64,000 nt of DNA from an uncultured delta proteobacterium (GTDB taxonomy: Bacteria; Myxococcota_A; UBA9160; SMWR01): NCBI GenBank assembly GCA_963832165.1, contig CAWHTE010000004.1:128001-192000 (forward strand), in the 5' to 3' direction. The notes beneath the pieces were generated by a model. The model saw only the letters and a program-made list of their open reading frames with translations, did not search any database and was not told the origin of the DNA. Each line of letters starts with the position of its first letter. Position 1 is the first letter of the stretch. The translations under genes were made by a program, and so were the position numbers. Positions 1-18,639 of the stretch are shown piece after piece.

Positions 1-438
1 CACCTCGACTTCGACGTCGACCTGGCCAAGGACACCGACTGGAAGAAGAATCCGGCCTACTACGTCCAGTACGCGCACGCGCGCACGCACGCGATCGAGC
101 GCAAGGCGCGCGAGCTCGGCGTGGTGATGCCGGACGCGGCCACCGTCGATGCCGACCCGCTCGTGCTGCCCGAGGAGATCGAGATCTTGAAGAAGATCTC
201 CGAGTTCCCCGAGGTGGTGCAGCGCGCGGCCGACACGCGCGAGCCGCATCACCTCTGCTACTGGGCCCGCGAGCTCGCGGGCCTGTGGAACCCCTATCAA
301 CAGGACGGCGTGCGCCACCGCGTGCTCTCCGACGATCCCGCGATGACGAGCGCCCGCCTGGGCCTCGCGCTCGCGGTGCGGATTGCACTCGCGGGTGCAC
401 TGCGACTTTTGGGCATCTCCGCCCCGGAGCGAATGTGA
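1..438 (+). CDS. argS: Arginyl-tRNA synthetase, C-terminal part (truncated by window edge)
   Basis: Frame 1 reads HLDFDVDLAK...NPAYYVQYAHAR...LLGISAPERM*, the ArgRS anticodon-binding domain with its typical terminal motif. Confidence 0.95.
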   Translation, partial: HLDFDVDLAKDTDWKKNPAYYVQYAHARTHAIERKARELGVVMPDAATVDADPLVLPEEIEILKKISEFPEVVQRAADTREPHHLCYWARELAGLWNPYQQDGVRHRVLSDDPAMTSARLGLALAVRIALAGALRLLGISAPERM

Positions 439-1133
439 TGAACAGAGATCGGCGACATACGGGATGGGTCTCGACGCTCGCGACCCTGGTCGTACTGGTG
501 GTGGTCGGATTCCTGTGCGGTGCGCTCGCGGGTTTCCTCTGGGAGGAGCCCGGGCTCGTGCTCGCCTACCTCTCCGGCGAGACCGAGCCCGTGGAGTTCT
601 CCGAACCGGCTCCGGTCGCCGCGGCGCCGCCGGCCTTCGCCGAGCGCGAGGACCTCGCGTCGGACAGCGCCGCGGAGCTCCCCGCGGACGAGCCCGAGTC
701 CGCGCCGGACGAGCCGCCCGCCGCGGAGTCGAGCGAGGACGTGACCGAAGTCGCGCCCATGCCCGTGCCGGCACCCGTGCCCGCCGCCGAGAAGCCGCCC
801 GAGCGCAAGCCCGCGGAGAAGAAGCCCGCGCCCGCGCGCATCGCGGAGGAGAAGCCGGCGCCCGTGAAGGTCGCCGCGGTCGCCCCGGCGGGCGGGCGCT
901 TCTCGGTGCAGGTGGGCGCGTTCGGAGACAGCGCCACGGCCGAGAAGCTCGCCGCGCGTTTGCGGTCGCGCGGCTATACCACCTACGTGAAGGCCGACGC
1001 GGAGGCGGGTGGCAAGCGCTATCGCGTGCGCGTCGGGCCCGTGAACGGGCGTCCGCGCGCGGAGGAGCTGGCCGCGAAGCTCGCAAAGGGCGAGAAGCTC
1101 CCGACCTGGATTCTCGACGAAAGCAAAGGCTGA
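438..1133 (+). CDS. SPOR-domain cell division protein (FtsN/DedD-like)
   Basis: ATG overlaps argS stop (TGATG); N-terminal TM helix, Pro/Ala/Glu linker, C-terminal SPOR domain (VQVGAF...YRVRVGP); argS-SPOR synteny is common. Confidence 0.9.
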   Translation: MNRDRRHTGWVSTLATLVVLVVVGFLCGALAGFLWEEPGLVLAYLSGETEPVEFSEPAPVAAAPPAFAEREDLASDSAAELPADEPESAPDEPPAAESSEDVTEVAPMPVPAPVPAAEKPPERKPAEKKPAPARIAEEKPAPVKVAAVAPAGGRFSVQVGAFGDSATAEKLAARLRSRGYTTYVKADAEAGGKRYRVRVGPVNGRPRAEELAAKLAKGEKLPTWILDESKG

Positions 1134-1139
1134 GCCCCC

Positions 1140-2039
1140 ATGCATTGGTTCGTGACGGGGAGCCGCGGTCAGCTCGGCTCGGCGCTCATCGAGCGCCTCG
1201 AGCGCGCGGGTGCGAGCGTTTCCGGCTGCGACAGCGCCGAGCTCGACGTCGCCGACCCCGTTGCGGTGAACGCGCGCGCTGCCTCGCTGCCGCGGCCGCT
1301 GGTCTGGGCGAACGCGGCCGGGTTCACGCAGGTCGACCGCTGCGAGCGCGAGCCCGAGCGCGCGCGGCGCTCCAACGCGGTGGCGCCCGCGGTGCTCGCG
1401 CAGGCGTGCGCCGAGGCCGGGGCGCGGCTCGTCCACGTCTCCACCGACTACGTGTTCGCGGGTGATGCGCGCCGGCCGTATCGCGAGGATGACCCGACCG
1501 GTCCGCGCTGCGTCTACGGAAGCACCAAGCTCGAGGGCGAGCGCGCGGTGCTCTCGGCGTCGGACGAGTTCCTCGTGGCGCGCACGAGCTGGGTGTTCGG
1601 CAAAGGGCGCAACTTCATCGCAGCCGTGCTCGATCAGGCCCAGGCGCGGCGCGCGGGCAAGGCCTCGGGGCCGCTGCGCGTGGTCGACGATCAGACCGGG
1701 CGGCCGACCTACGCCGTCGACCTCGCCGAGGCGATCGTCCAGCTCGTGTCGGCGGGCGCGCGCGGCCTCGTGCACGTCGCGAACGAGGGCATCACCACCT
1801 GGTGGGACCTGGCGCGCTGCGCGCTCGACCACGCGGGCTACCGCGACATCGCGATCGACCGGATCAAGACCAGCGACCTGCGGACCGATGCAGTGCGGCC
1901 GGCATGGTCGGTGCTCGACACCGCGCGCGCCGAGTCGTTCGGGGTGAAGATGCGCACCTGGCAGGAGGCCGTGGTGGCCTACCTGCGCTCGGATCATTCT
2001 CCACTCGCGAAGCGCGAGGAGGGCCCGGTCCATGCCTGA
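1140..2039 (+). CDS. rfbD: dTDP-4-dehydrorhamnose reductase
   Basis: [28 protein letters not shown] motifs. Confidence 0.92.
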   Translation: MHWFVTGSRGQLGSALIERLERAGASVSGCDSAELDVADPVAVNARAASLPRPLVWANAAGFTQVDRCEREPERARRSNAVAPAVLAQACAEAGARLVHVSTDYVFAGDARRPYREDDPTGPRCVYGSTKLEGERAVLSASDEFLVARTSWVFGKGRNFIAAVLDQAQARRAGKASGPLRVVDDQTGRPTYAVDLAEAIVQLVSAGARGLVHVANEGITTWWDLARCALDHAGYRDIAIDRIKTSDLRTDAVRPAWSVLDTARAESFGVKMRTWQEAVVAYLRSDHSPLAKREEGPVHA

Positions 2040-2996
2040 TTGGCCTCGGCGCGTCCTCGTGCTCGGCGGGGCCGGGTTCATCGGATCGCACCTGTGCGCG
2101 CGCCTGCTCGAGGAGGGCGCGCACGTGATCGCGCTCGACAACCTGCTCACGGGGCGCGTGTCCAACATCGCGGCGCTGCTCGGCCACGAGCGCTTCACCT
2201 ACGTGAACTACGACGTCACGAACTACCTGCACGTCGACGGCGAGCTCGACGCGATCCTGCACTTCGCCTCGCCCGCCAGCCCCGCCGACTTCGAGCGCCT
2301 GCCGATCCAGATCCTCAAGGTGGGCTCGCTCGGCACCCACAAGGCGCTCGGTCTGGCCAAGGCCAAGAACGCGCGCTTCCTGCTCGCGAGCACCTCCGAG
2401 TGCTACGGCGACCCCGAGGTGAACCCGCAGCCCGAGACCTACTGGGGCAACGTCAATCCGATCGGCATCCGCGGCGTCTACGACGAGGCCAAGCGCTTCG
2501 CCGAGGCGATGACGATGGCCTATCACCGCCACCACGGCGTCGACGTGCGCATCGTGCGCATCTTCAACACGTTCGGGCCGCGCATGCAGGTGGACGACGG
2601 GCGCGCGATCCCGAACTTCTTCCGCCAGGCGATTCGCGGCGAAGACGTCACGCTCTACGGAGACGGCTCGCAGACGCGGTCGTTCATCTACGTAGACGAC
2701 CAGGTCGAGGGCATCCTGCGACTCCTGCGCTCGAGCTACGTCGGGCCCGTGAACATCGGCAACCCGAACGAGCTGTCGCTGCGCGCGATGGCCGAGAAGG
2801 TGGTGGCGCTGTGCGGCGGCACGAGTCGCATCGTCCACCGCCCGTTGCCGCCCGACGATCCGAAGGTGCGGCGACCCGACATCACGCTCGCGCGGCGCGT
2901 GCTCGACGGCTGGGAGCCGCAGGTGAAGGTGGAGGAGGGACTCGCGCGCACGCACGCGTATTTCGTGAGCGAGCTCGCGGCCCTCTCGAAGGCCAA

Positions 2997-3000
<4 letters not shown>
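2032..3000 (+). CDS. UDP-glucuronate decarboxylase-family SDR (UXS-like)
   Basis: [42 protein letters not shown]. Confidence 0.9.
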
Positions 3001-4789
<1,789 letters not shown>

Positions 4790-4793
<4 letters not shown>

Positions 4794-5521
4794 GCCGCGG
4801 CCGCGATCTGTTCGCGACGTTCGCGATCGCGGTCACCGTTGCGTACGGAACCCGGCTGTTCCTGGCCGAGCCGTTCCGGATCCCGTCCGGCTCGATGCTG
4901 CCGACACTCTGGATCGGCGACTATCTGTTCGTGAACAAGCTCATGTACGGAGCGCGCTTTCCTCTCACGAACCTGCACCTCCCCGAGCTGCGCGCGCCCG
5001 AGCGCGGCGAGGTGGTGGTGTTCAGCGCCGCCGTGAAGGGCGACGAGATCTATCCGGCGGATCGACGCCCGGAGCTGCCGCGCATGGACTTCGTGAAGCG
5101 GATCATCGGGCTGCCGGGCGATCGCATCGACATCGTGGACGGCGTGATATTCGTGAACGGCGAGCCGATCGAGTCGCGGAAGAGCGGAGGCCATTTCGCC
5201 GACGACACGGGCCGCGAGCTCGATCTCCAGGAGGTCGAGCTCGGCGAGCGTCACTTCGCGGTGCTCGACGATCCGAAGATGCGCCCGCGCCCCGGTAAGT
5301 TCGAGGTCGAGCCTGGACGCTATTTCATGCTCGGCGACAACCGGGACTGGTCGAAGGACAGCCGCGCCTGGGGCACCGTGCAGCGCGCAGACATCAAGGG
5401 CCCCGCGTTCGTACTCTACTGGTCGTGGAACTTCTCGGGCGGCTGGCGCGAGCTCGTGGATCCCGCCACGTGGCGCGCTGCGGATGTGCGCTGGGATCGC
5501 ATCGGGCGCCTCATCCAGTGA
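4790..5521 (+). CDS. lepB: Signal peptidase I
   Basis: [10 protein letters not shown] (catalytic Ser), [11 protein letters not shown] (Lys), [11 protein letters not shown]; follows lepA. Confidence 0.95.
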
Positions 5522-5919
5522 CCGTGTGGGCCGCGGTGATCTGGGCCGTGGGACTGTTGACCGCAGTTCCCTACGCAACCTACTACGTGGTCTTCGAGGC
5601 GAACCGCGAGCACTACGCGATGCTCATCACGTGGTTGCTGTTCTGGATCTTCGGCTACTGGGGCGTGGTGGGTCCGGTGCTCGTGGTCGTGAAGACGCGT
5701 CGGGTCTTCCGGGCCATCGGGCGCGCAGCGACGAGCGAAGATCTTCGCTCGGCTCTCGCGAGTCCGGACGCACGGGAGGTCGCGATCGATTTCATCGCGT
5801 CGGAGAACCACGTGCCGCGCTTCATTGCCGCTCGCGTGTACGAGCTGCTGGTCGCCCGGCTGCCGGCGTCGACAGCAGCGCAAGCTGCGCAGGCCCCGCC
5901 CGGCCAGGGATTTCGATAG
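5518..5919 (+). CDS. Hypothetical membrane protein (two TM helices)
   Basis: GTG overlaps lepB stop; two hydrophobic segments; coding-like codon usage. Confidence 0.7.
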   Translation: MTVWAAVIWAVGLLTAVPYATYYVVFEANREHYAMLITWLLFWIFGYWGVVGPVLVVVKTRRVFRAIGRAATSEDLRSALASPDAREVAIDFIASENHVPRFIAARVYELLVARLPASTAAQAAQAPPGQGFR

Positions 5920-6005
5920 GACCGATTCGCCGAACGGCGTTCTGCTGGTGCACGGCGCCGCGCTGGCGATGCCCGCACGAGGCGATATCCTCGGCCACCG
6001 CTGCT

Positions 6006-6036
6006 CTTTTAATTCCGTCCCGCGAGGCGGAGAAAG
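6006..6036 (+). promoter_or_regulatory. PyrR-binding RNA stem-loop
   Basis: CTTTTAATTCCGTCCCGCGAGGCGGAGAAAG matches the PyrR loop pattern (CUUUAA...GUCCnGnGAGGC...AAAG) and sits directly upstream of pyrR. Confidence 0.85.
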
Positions 6037-6046
6037 CGCAACTTCG

Positions 6047-6703
6047 TTGGCACCCTCGACTCCCCAACCGCCCGCCCCTCGACTGCGCGCGTCGTCGACG
6101 GAGGAGGGCGCCCCGCGCGAAGCCGCGCTAGCCGGAGTGAGGACGCTGCTCGACGACGCGGGCATCCAGCGCTCGCTCTTGCGGATCGCCCACGAGATCG
6201 TGGAGCGGACCAGCGAGCCCGAGCGGCTGTATCTGGTCGCGATCCCGAACGGCGGCATTCCGCTCGCGCGCCGGCTCGCGCGCGGGCTGCGCGAAGTCGC
6301 CGACCTCTCGGTCCCGGTGGGCATCCTCGACACCACGCTCTACCGCGACGACCTCTTGACCACGGGCAATCGCCCCGCGCTGCGCCGAACCGAGATGCCG
6401 TCGGCGGTGGACGATCACATCGTGGTGCTCGTCGACGACGTGGTGAAGACCGGGCGCACGATCCGCGCCGCGATGGACGCGCTGATGGACTTCGGCCGCC
6501 CGCGCGCGGTGCAGGTGGTGGGGCTGGTCGACCGCGGGCACCGCGAGCTTCCGATCAAGCTCGACTACGTCGGCAAGAACGTGCCGACGCGCGCGCAGGA
6601 GCAGGTGCAGCTGCGCAACGTCGACGGCGAAGAGAACACGCTCGAGCTCGTGATCATCGGGGCTCCCGAGCACGGTGAGCCCGGAGAGGGGAAGGACCTG
6701 TGA
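6047..6703 (+). CDS. pyrR: Bifunctional pyr regulator / uracil phosphoribosyltransferase (start TTG 6047 or GTG 6137)
   Basis: [47 protein letters not shown]. Confidence 0.93.
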   Translation: MAPSTPQPPAPRLRASSTEEGAPREAALAGVRTLLDDAGIQRSLLRIAHEIVERTSEPERLYLVAIPNGGIPLARRLARGLREVADLSVPVGILDTTLYRDDLLTTGNRPALRRTEMPSAVDDHIVVLVDDVVKTGRTIRAAMDALMDFGRPRAVQVVGLVDRGHRELPIKLDYVGKNVPTRAQEQVQLRNVDGEENTLELVIIGAPEHGEPGEGKDL

Positions 6704-7641
6704 TCGGGCGCGACCTGCTCGGCATCGAGGACCTCGACCGCAGCGAGATCGAGCGCCTGCTCGACACCGCGGACCACATGCGCGAGATCGGCGAGCGCGA
6801 GGTGAAGAAGGTCCCCACGCTGCGCGGCCGCACGATCATCAACTTGTTCTTCGAGCCCTCCACGCGCACGCGCGCGAGCTTCGAGATCGCGGGCAAGCGG
6901 CTGTCGGCCGACGTGATCAACTTCTCGCCCTCGTCGTCGAGCACGAAGAAGGGCGAGAGCATTCTCGACACCGCCCGGACGCTCGAGGCCATGGACGCGG
7001 ACGCGGTGATCGTGCGCCACGAGGTATCGGGCGTGCCGAAGCGGATCGCCGCCGTGATCGAGGCGCCCGTGATCAACGCGGGCGACGGCGCCCACGAGCA
7101 CCCGACCCAGGCGCTGCTCGACCTCTTCACGGTGCGCCAGGTGAAGGGTCGGATCGACGGTCTCACCGTGACGATCGTGGGCGACATCCTGCACTCGCGC
7201 GTTGCGCGGTCGAACATCCTCGCGTTCCGGAAGCTCGGCGCCGAGGTGCGCGTGGCGGCGCCGCCGCCGATGATCCCGCCCGCGATCGAGGAGACCTTCG
7301 GCGTGAAGGCCTACACCTCGCTGCGCGAAGCGCTCGAGGGCGCCGACGTGGTGATGGCGCTGCGGATCCAGAACGAGCGGCTCGAGGGTGCGTTCTTCCC
7401 GAGCGTGCGCGAATACTCGGCCACCTACGGAATCGACCGCGCGAAGCTCCACTACGCCAAGGAAGACGCGATCGTGATGCATCCGGGTCCGATCAACCGC
7501 GGCGTCGAGCTCTCGCACGATCTCGCCGATCACCGCCCGGGCGTGATCCTCGACCAGGTGCGCAACGGCGTCGCACTGCGCATGGCCGTGCTCTACCTGT
7601 TCGCGGGGCGCGCGCCGAAGCGCGGAGGAGAGACATCGTGA
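6700..7641 (+). CDS. pyrB: Aspartate carbamoyltransferase catalytic subunit
   Basis: [21 protein letters not shown] motifs. Confidence 0.97.
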   Translation: MIGRDLLGIEDLDRSEIERLLDTADHMREIGEREVKKVPTLRGRTIINLFFEPSTRTRASFEIAGKRLSADVINFSPSSSSTKKGESILDTARTLEAMDADAVIVRHEVSGVPKRIAAVIEAPVINAGDGAHEHPTQALLDLFTVRQVKGRIDGLTVTIVGDILHSRVARSNILAFRKLGAEVRVAAPPPMIPPAIEETFGVKAYTSLREALEGADVVMALRIQNERLEGAFFPSVREYSATYGIDRAKLHYAKEDAIVMHPGPINRGVELSHDLADHRPGVILDQVRNGVALRMAVLYLFAGRAPKRGGETS

Positions 7642-8930
7642 CGCGGATCCTGATTCGAGGTGGGCGCGTGCTCGATCCGGCCGCCGAGCACGACGCGGTC
7701 GGCGATCTGCTGCTCGTCGATGGCCGCGTGGCGGCGATCGGCGGCAAGCTGCGCGTCGACGACGCGTTCGTGATCGACGCCGCGGGCTGCTGGGTGGCGC
7801 CCGGCTTCATCGATCTGCACAGCCACCTGCGCGAGCCGGGCCAGGAGTACAAGGAGAACATCGCGACGGGCGGGCGCTCGGCCGCGGCGGGCGGCTTCAC
7901 CGCCGTGGCGTGCATGGCAAATACGCATCCCGTGAACGACGACCCCGCCATGACCGACTACATCCTGGACCGCGCCAAGCACGATTCCCCTGTGCGCGTG
8001 TATCCAGTCGCGGCCGCGACCAAGGGCCTCGAGGGCAAGGTGATGACCGAGATGGCCGCGCTCGTGGCGGCGGGCGCGGTCGCGTTCAGCGACGACGGCA
8101 AGACGATCATGGACAGCGGTGTGATGCGCCGCGTGCTCCAGTACTCGAAGCTCGTCGAGGCGCCCGTGATCACGCACGCCGAAGACCGCACGCTCGTGGC
8201 GGGTGGCGTCGTGAACGAGGGTCCGGTCTCGACGCGCCTCGGCCTGCCGGGCAACCCCGGGATCGCCGAGGAGATACACATCTCGCGCGATCTCACGCTC
8301 GCGCGCGCCACGGGCGCCCACCTGCACGTGGCGCACGTCTCGACGCGCGGCGGGATCGAGCAGATCCGGCGCGGACGCGAGCTCGGCATCCACGTCACCT
8401 CCGAGGTGGCACCGCACCACCTCGCGCTCACCGACGAGGCCGCGCTCGACTTCGACACCAACGCCAAGGTTGCGCCGCCGCTGCGCTCGGCCGACGACCG
8501 CGATGCATGTCGCGCAGCGCTCGCCGACGGCACGATCGACGCGATCGCCACCGATCACGCCCCTCACGCACTGCACGAGAAGGAGCTCGATTTCCGCGAG
8601 GCTCCGCCCGGCATGATCGGCTTCGAGACCGCCGTGGCGGTAGTGCTCGACCTCGTGCGCACGAACGAGATCACTCCGCTCGAGCTCGTGCGTCGGCTGT
8701 CGACGAGCCCCGCGCGCATCCTGCGCGTGGCCGGTGGCTCGCTCGCGATGGACACAGTGGCGGACGTCGTGATCGTGGACCCCGCGCGCGAATGGACGTA
8801 CGACCCGGCCAAGGGCTATTCGAAGTCGGTCAACTCGCCGTGGGCGGGTCAGACACTCACGGGCCGCGTGACGCACACGATCGTGGGCGGCCAGCTCGTC
8901 TACGACGTCGAGCGCGGGATCCTTTCTTGA
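7638..8930 (+). CDS. pyrC: Dihydroorotase
   Basis: [24 protein letters not shown]; between pyrB and carA. Confidence 0.95.
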   Translation: MTRILIRGGRVLDPAAEHDAVGDLLLVDGRVAAIGGKLRVDDAFVIDAAGCWVAPGFIDLHSHLREPGQEYKENIATGGRSAAAGGFTAVACMANTHPVNDDPAMTDYILDRAKHDSPVRVYPVAAATKGLEGKVMTEMAALVAAGAVAFSDDGKTIMDSGVMRRVLQYSKLVEAPVITHAEDRTLVAGGVVNEGPVSTRLGLPGNPGIAEEIHISRDLTLARATGAHLHVAHVSTRGGIEQIRRGRELGIHVTSEVAPHHLALTDEAALDFDTNAKVAPPLRSADDRDACRAALADGTIDAIATDHAPHALHEKELDFREAPPGMIGFETAVAVVLDLVRTNEITPLELVRRLSTSPARILRVAGGSLAMDTVADVVIVDPAREWTYDPAKGYSKSVNSPWAGQTLTGRVTHTIVGGQLVYDVERGILS

Positions 8931-10132
8931 GCGCGCGCAAGCAGTCGAAGCCGGCGCGGCTCGCACTCGCCGACGGGACCGTCTACCGCGGCAGCGCGTT
9001 CGGCGCCGCAACGCTCGGCGTGGGCGAGGTGTGCTTCAACACCTCGATCACGGGCTATCAGGAGATCGTCACCGATCCGTCGTACGCGGGGCAGATCGTC
9101 GCGATGACCTACCCCCAGATCGGGAACGTCGGCACGAATGCGGAGGACGAGGAGGCGCGCCGGCCGTTCCTGTCGGGCTTCGTGGTGAAAGAGCTGTTCA
9201 CGCCCTCGAACTGGCGCTCGCGCGAGCCGCTCGACGAGTACCTGCGCCGCCACGGCGTGCCCGGGATCTCCGACATCGACACGCGCGCGCTCGTGCGGCG
9301 CCTGCGCGACGGCGGGTTCCAGGTGGGCGTGCTGTCGACCGACCCCGCGCGCCAGGACGAGGAGGAGCTCGTCGCGATCGCGCGCGCAGATTCGGGCCTC
9401 GAAGGGCGCGACCTCGCCGCCGAAGTCACGTGTGATGCGGCCTATCGCTGGAAGGACGGGCGCTGGGCGGGGATCGCGGGGCAGGTGCCGCGCCCGGGGC
9501 GCCCCACGCCCACGCGCAAGGTCGTCGCCTACGACTTCGGGATCAAGCGCAACATCCTGCGCCTGCTCGTCGAGCAGGGCTTCGAGGTGCACGTGGTGCC
9601 CGCGAGCGCGACCGCCGACGACGTGCTCGCGCTCGCGCCAGACGCGGTGTTCCTCTCGAACGGGCCCGGCGATCCGGCCGCGGTGCAGGGGATCCGCGCG
9701 CACGTGCGCAAGCTCGCGGAGAGCAAGCCCGTGTTCGGGATCTGCCTCGGCCATCAGATCCTCGGCCTCGCGCTCGGCGGAGAGACGCGCAAGCTCAAGT
9801 TCGGGCACCACGGCGGCAACCAGCCCGGCCAGGATCTCGCGACGGGCAAGGTCGCGATCTGCGCGGAGAACCACGGCTACGCGGTCGATGCGGACTCGCT
9901 GCGCGCGGCCGGCGAGCCCGTACGCATCACGCACGTGAACCTGAACGACGGAACCGTCGAAGGGCTCGCACACGAGACGCGGCCGCTCTTCTCGGTCCAG
10001 TACCACCCCGAGGCCTCGCCCGGCCCGCACGACGCGGCCTACTTCTTCGGGCGTTTCCGCGAGATGGTCGACCGGTTCGTCGCAGGCGAGAAGGTGACGG
10101 GCGCACAGATCGCCGCCGGGCGCGGGGACTGA
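8927..10132 (+). CDS. carA: Carbamoyl-phosphate synthase small subunit
   Basis: [34 protein letters not shown]. Confidence 0.96.
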   Translation: MSARKQSKPARLALADGTVYRGSAFGAATLGVGEVCFNTSITGYQEIVTDPSYAGQIVAMTYPQIGNVGTNAEDEEARRPFLSGFVVKELFTPSNWRSREPLDEYLRRHGVPGISDIDTRALVRRLRDGGFQVGVLSTDPARQDEEELVAIARADSGLEGRDLAAEVTCDAAYRWKDGRWAGIAGQVPRPGRPTPTRKVVAYDFGIKRNILRLLVEQGFEVHVVPASATADDVLALAPDAVFLSNGPGDPAAVQGIRAHVRKLAESKPVFGICLGHQILGLALGGETRKLKFGHHGGNQPGQDLATGKVAICAENHGYAVDADSLRAAGEPVRITHVNLNDGTVEGLAHETRPLFSVQYHPEASPGPHDAAYFFGRFREMVDRFVAGEKVTGAQIAAGRGD

Positions 10133-10134
10133 CC

Positions 10135-13354
<3,220 letters not shown>

Positions 13355-13358
<4 letters not shown>

Positions 13359-14824
13359 GCCAGGAGCGCACACCGGTACTGATCGGCGTCGGCGCGGTCA
13401 CGCAGCGCGAGAGCGATCCCGCGCGCGCGCTCGAGCCCGTGTCATTGATGGCGCGCGCGCTCGAACGCGCGGCCGACGACGCGGGCTCGCGGCGATGGCT
13501 CGAGCGCGCCGATGCGATCGCGGTGCCGCGCGGATACTGGGCCTATGCCGACCCCGCGCGGCTCGTGGCGGAGCGCGTGAAGGCGGTCCGAGCGCGCACG
13601 CAGCTCGCCGAGATCGGCGTGCTCCAGACCACGCTGTTCGCGCGCGCGTGTTCCGCGATCGCCAGCGGTGAGGCCGAGGTCGTGCTGGTGACCGGCGGTG
13701 AAGCGAAGCACCGCGCGGCGCAGGCCGAGCGCGCCAGTGTGCCGGCCCCGATCACGGATCAGCCGGGCGCCGCGCCCGACGAGGTCTGGCGCCCGGTTGG
13801 CGACATCCTCGCCCCGATCGAGCTCACCTCGCATCTCGGCATGCCGGTGCGCCAGTACGCGGTGATCGAGAACGCGCTTCGATTTGCGGAAGGTCGGTCG
13901 CTCGAGGTGCACCGCAACGAGGTCGCGAGTCTCTGGTCGGAGATGAGTCGCGTAGCTGCAGAGAATCCGGACGCCTGGACCCGCGACTTCGTCACGTTGG
14001 ATCAGATCCGCGCTGCGGGCGCGGGCAACCGCATGCTCGCCTTTCCGTACACCAAGCTGCACAACTCGCAGTGGAACGTCGACCAGGCCGCGGGCCTGAT
14101 CTTCACTTCGGCCGCGCGCGCGCGTGCCGAGGGGGTTCCCGAATCGCAGTGGATCCACCCGCGCGCGGTGGTCGAGTCGAACTACATGCTGCCGCTCGTG
14201 CACCGCGCCGAGCTGCACCGCTGCGCCGCGTTCCGGATCGCGGGCCGGCGTGCCGCAGAGCTTGCGTCGCTGCGGCTCGCCAAGCTGGCCCATCTCGAGC
14301 TCTATTCCTGCTTCCCGGTCGCGGTGCGCGTGCAGCAGCGCGAGCTCGACATCCCGCGCGAGCGCGCCGTGACCGTGACGGGCGGCATGGCTTTCGCGGG
14401 CGGCCCGCTCAACAATTTCGTGCTCCAGGCCGCGGTGCGGCTCGCGCAGCGGCTGCGCGCGGAGCCCGGAGCCAGTGGAATGCTCAACGCCGTCTCCGGG
14501 ATCCTCACGAAGCAGGGCGTCTCCCTCTGGTCGTCGCGCTCCGGGCCCGAGTTCGCGGCGATCGACGTGAGCGACGAGGCGCAACGCGCGACGCGGCGGG
14601 TGGAGGTCGCGGCGGATTTCCGGGGCAGCGCGCGCGTGGCGGGCTACACGGTGCTGTACAACGGGGATCAGCCGGGGTCGACGGTCCTGCTCTGCGACAC
14701 TGCGGACGGTGCGCGCGCAGTGGCCGTGAGCGACGACCCCGGGCTCGCACAGATCGCCACGACGTCCGAGCTCACCGGGCGCGAGTTGGAAATCGCGGGC
14801 GATGGGGTGAAGCTGTCCTCCTGA
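13355..14824 (+). CDS. Thiolase-like acetyl-CoA acetyltransferase
   Basis: [51 protein letters not shown] overlaps carB stop. Confidence 0.8.
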
Positions 14825-14834
14825 CGGGGGCAGC

Positions 14835-17222
<2,388 letters not shown>

Positions 17223-17230
17223 ACGGCTGT

Positions 17231-17301
17231 CGGCGGGATCGCTTCGCTCTCCCGCCCTACGGGTTTCGTAGGGCGGGAGGAGCCGAAGGCGGATCCCGCC
17301 G
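17231..17301. repeat. Inverted pair of GTAG-type REP sequences (REPIN/BIME-like)
   Basis: 17231-17260 is the reverse complement of GTAGGGCGGGAGAGCGAAGCGATCCCGCCG; 17268-17301 = GTAGGGCGGGAGGAGCCGAAGGCGGATCCCGCCG; lies between convergent genes. Confidence 0.8.
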
Positions 17302-17312
17302 TGAGGGATCGC

Positions 17313-18488
17313 TCAGTACGTGATGCCCGCGCCGGCCGCCTGCGCACGCACGGCCTCGAGCACTTTTGCGTCGAATCCGTCGCCCTTGCCGGACTTCGCG
17401 CGGCGATCGCTCTCTTCCGAGACGTACTTGTCGCGATCGGAGGACAGGCGGTCGATGCGCGCCTGGATCTCCTGGCGCTGTTCGAGCTTCTCCTTCACGA
17501 ACTCCTCGCGCGCCGCGGGCGCCATCGCGCGCAGCGAGGCCGGCAGCTCGGGCTCGGCGACCTCGGAGAGCTTCTTTCCCGATGCGATCGCGTCGAGCAG
17601 GTCGGCGCGGCCCGCGTTGAGCCGCCCGCCGATCTTCGAGAGGAAGCCGAGCCGCGACGCCACGGCCGAGGGGCTCGCGGCCGCCGCGCGGTCGCGCTTC
17701 GCCTCGAGCTCGGCCTGCTCGCTCTGCGCGCCGTAGGGCACGAGCGTGCTCGCGAGGTCGCGGTTCAGTGACGAGAGCTCCTCGTCCATCGGCGTGGTGA
17801 GCGCGAGCATGCCGCCGTCCTGCCGGATCGCCGCAAACGTGCCGCCTCCGGTCGACGCGATCTTCTGCCAGATCGGGGTGGTCTCGGCGGAGTCGCCGCA
17901 CTGCACCGCGTTGACCACGATGCCGCGCTGCCGTGCGCGCGAGACGCTGTCGCCGAACGCCACGTCGCCTTGATAGTCGAGGTGCGGCGGCGCATCGCCG
18001 ACCAGGAAGATCGCGCGGTATACGTTCGGGTCGCTCGACCAGGCGAGCTTGGTCACCGCCTCGTGCAGCGCCTGATTCACCGACTCGGGCGTATCGCCGC
18101 CGCCGTCGGCCGTGAGGCGCTGGAGGTCGGCATACACCGCGTCGATGTCGTCGGTGAGGTCGCGCACCTGCGTCACGTAGAGATCGCCGCGGTCGCGGTA
18201 GGCGACGAGCGCGATCCGCACCTGCGGTCTCGGCTGCCCGCTCGCGAGCTGGTTCGCGATCGACCAGATCTTGTGTTTCGCGCCCTCGATCAGCCCCGCC
18301 ATCGATCCCGTGGTGTCGAGCACGAACGCGACTTCGACGCGCGGGGCCGGCTTGGGGACGACCGCGGTCGTCTGCGCGGCGTGGTTCCGCGAGCGGCTGC
18401 CCGCGTGCGCACCCCAGGCCGTGAGCGCGAGCAGGAGGACGAGCAGGCCGACCTGGAACGGCCGCGACACTTGGATTCGTTCGAACAT
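17313..18488 (-). CDS. Secreted vWA-domain protein
   Basis: N-terminal hydrophobic signal; VLDTTGSM, GGGDTPE, VGDAPPH; AAGGAG RBS upstream. Confidence 0.88.
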   Translation of the reverse strand: MFERIQVSRPFQVGLLVLLLALTAWGAHAGSRSRNHAAQTTAVVPKPAPRVEVAFVLDTTGSMAGLIEGAKHKIWSIANQLASGQPRPQVRIALVAYRDRGDLYVTQVRDLTDDIDAVYADLQRLTADGGGDTPESVNQALHEAVTKLAWSSDPNVYRAIFLVGDAPPHLDYQGDVAFGDSVSRARQRGIVVNAVQCGDSAETTPIWQKIASTGGGTFAAIRQDGGMLALTTPMDEELSSLNRDLASTLVPYGAQSEQAELEAKRDRAAAASPSAVASRLGFLSKIGGRLNAGRADLLDAIASGKKLSEVAEPELPASLRAMAPAAREEFVKEKLEQRQEIQARIDRLSSDRDKYVSEESDRRAKSGKGDGFDAKVLEAVRAQAAGAGITY

Positions 18489-18558
18489 GATGATCTCCTT
18501 GTCGAGAATTCTTGTTGGGAACTCACGAGCAGCCTAGGAGCGCGCGGGCCGGACGACC

Positions 18559-18620
18559 GTCAAGGCGCGGTAAAAAGGCCGGCGAATGCGTTTACCTGCG
18601 ATTTACATCTCGCATAGAAT
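18559..18620. promoter_or_regulatory. Divergent promoter region with two TT(T/G)AC-N6-TT(T/G)AC direct-repeat boxes
   Basis: Minus strand TTTAC-N6-TTGAC at 18574-18559; plus strand TTTAC-N6-TTTAC at 18591-18606; TAGAAT at 18615-18620. Confidence 0.45.
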
Positions 18621-18639
18621 GGCGGCGGAGGCGCGCGCG

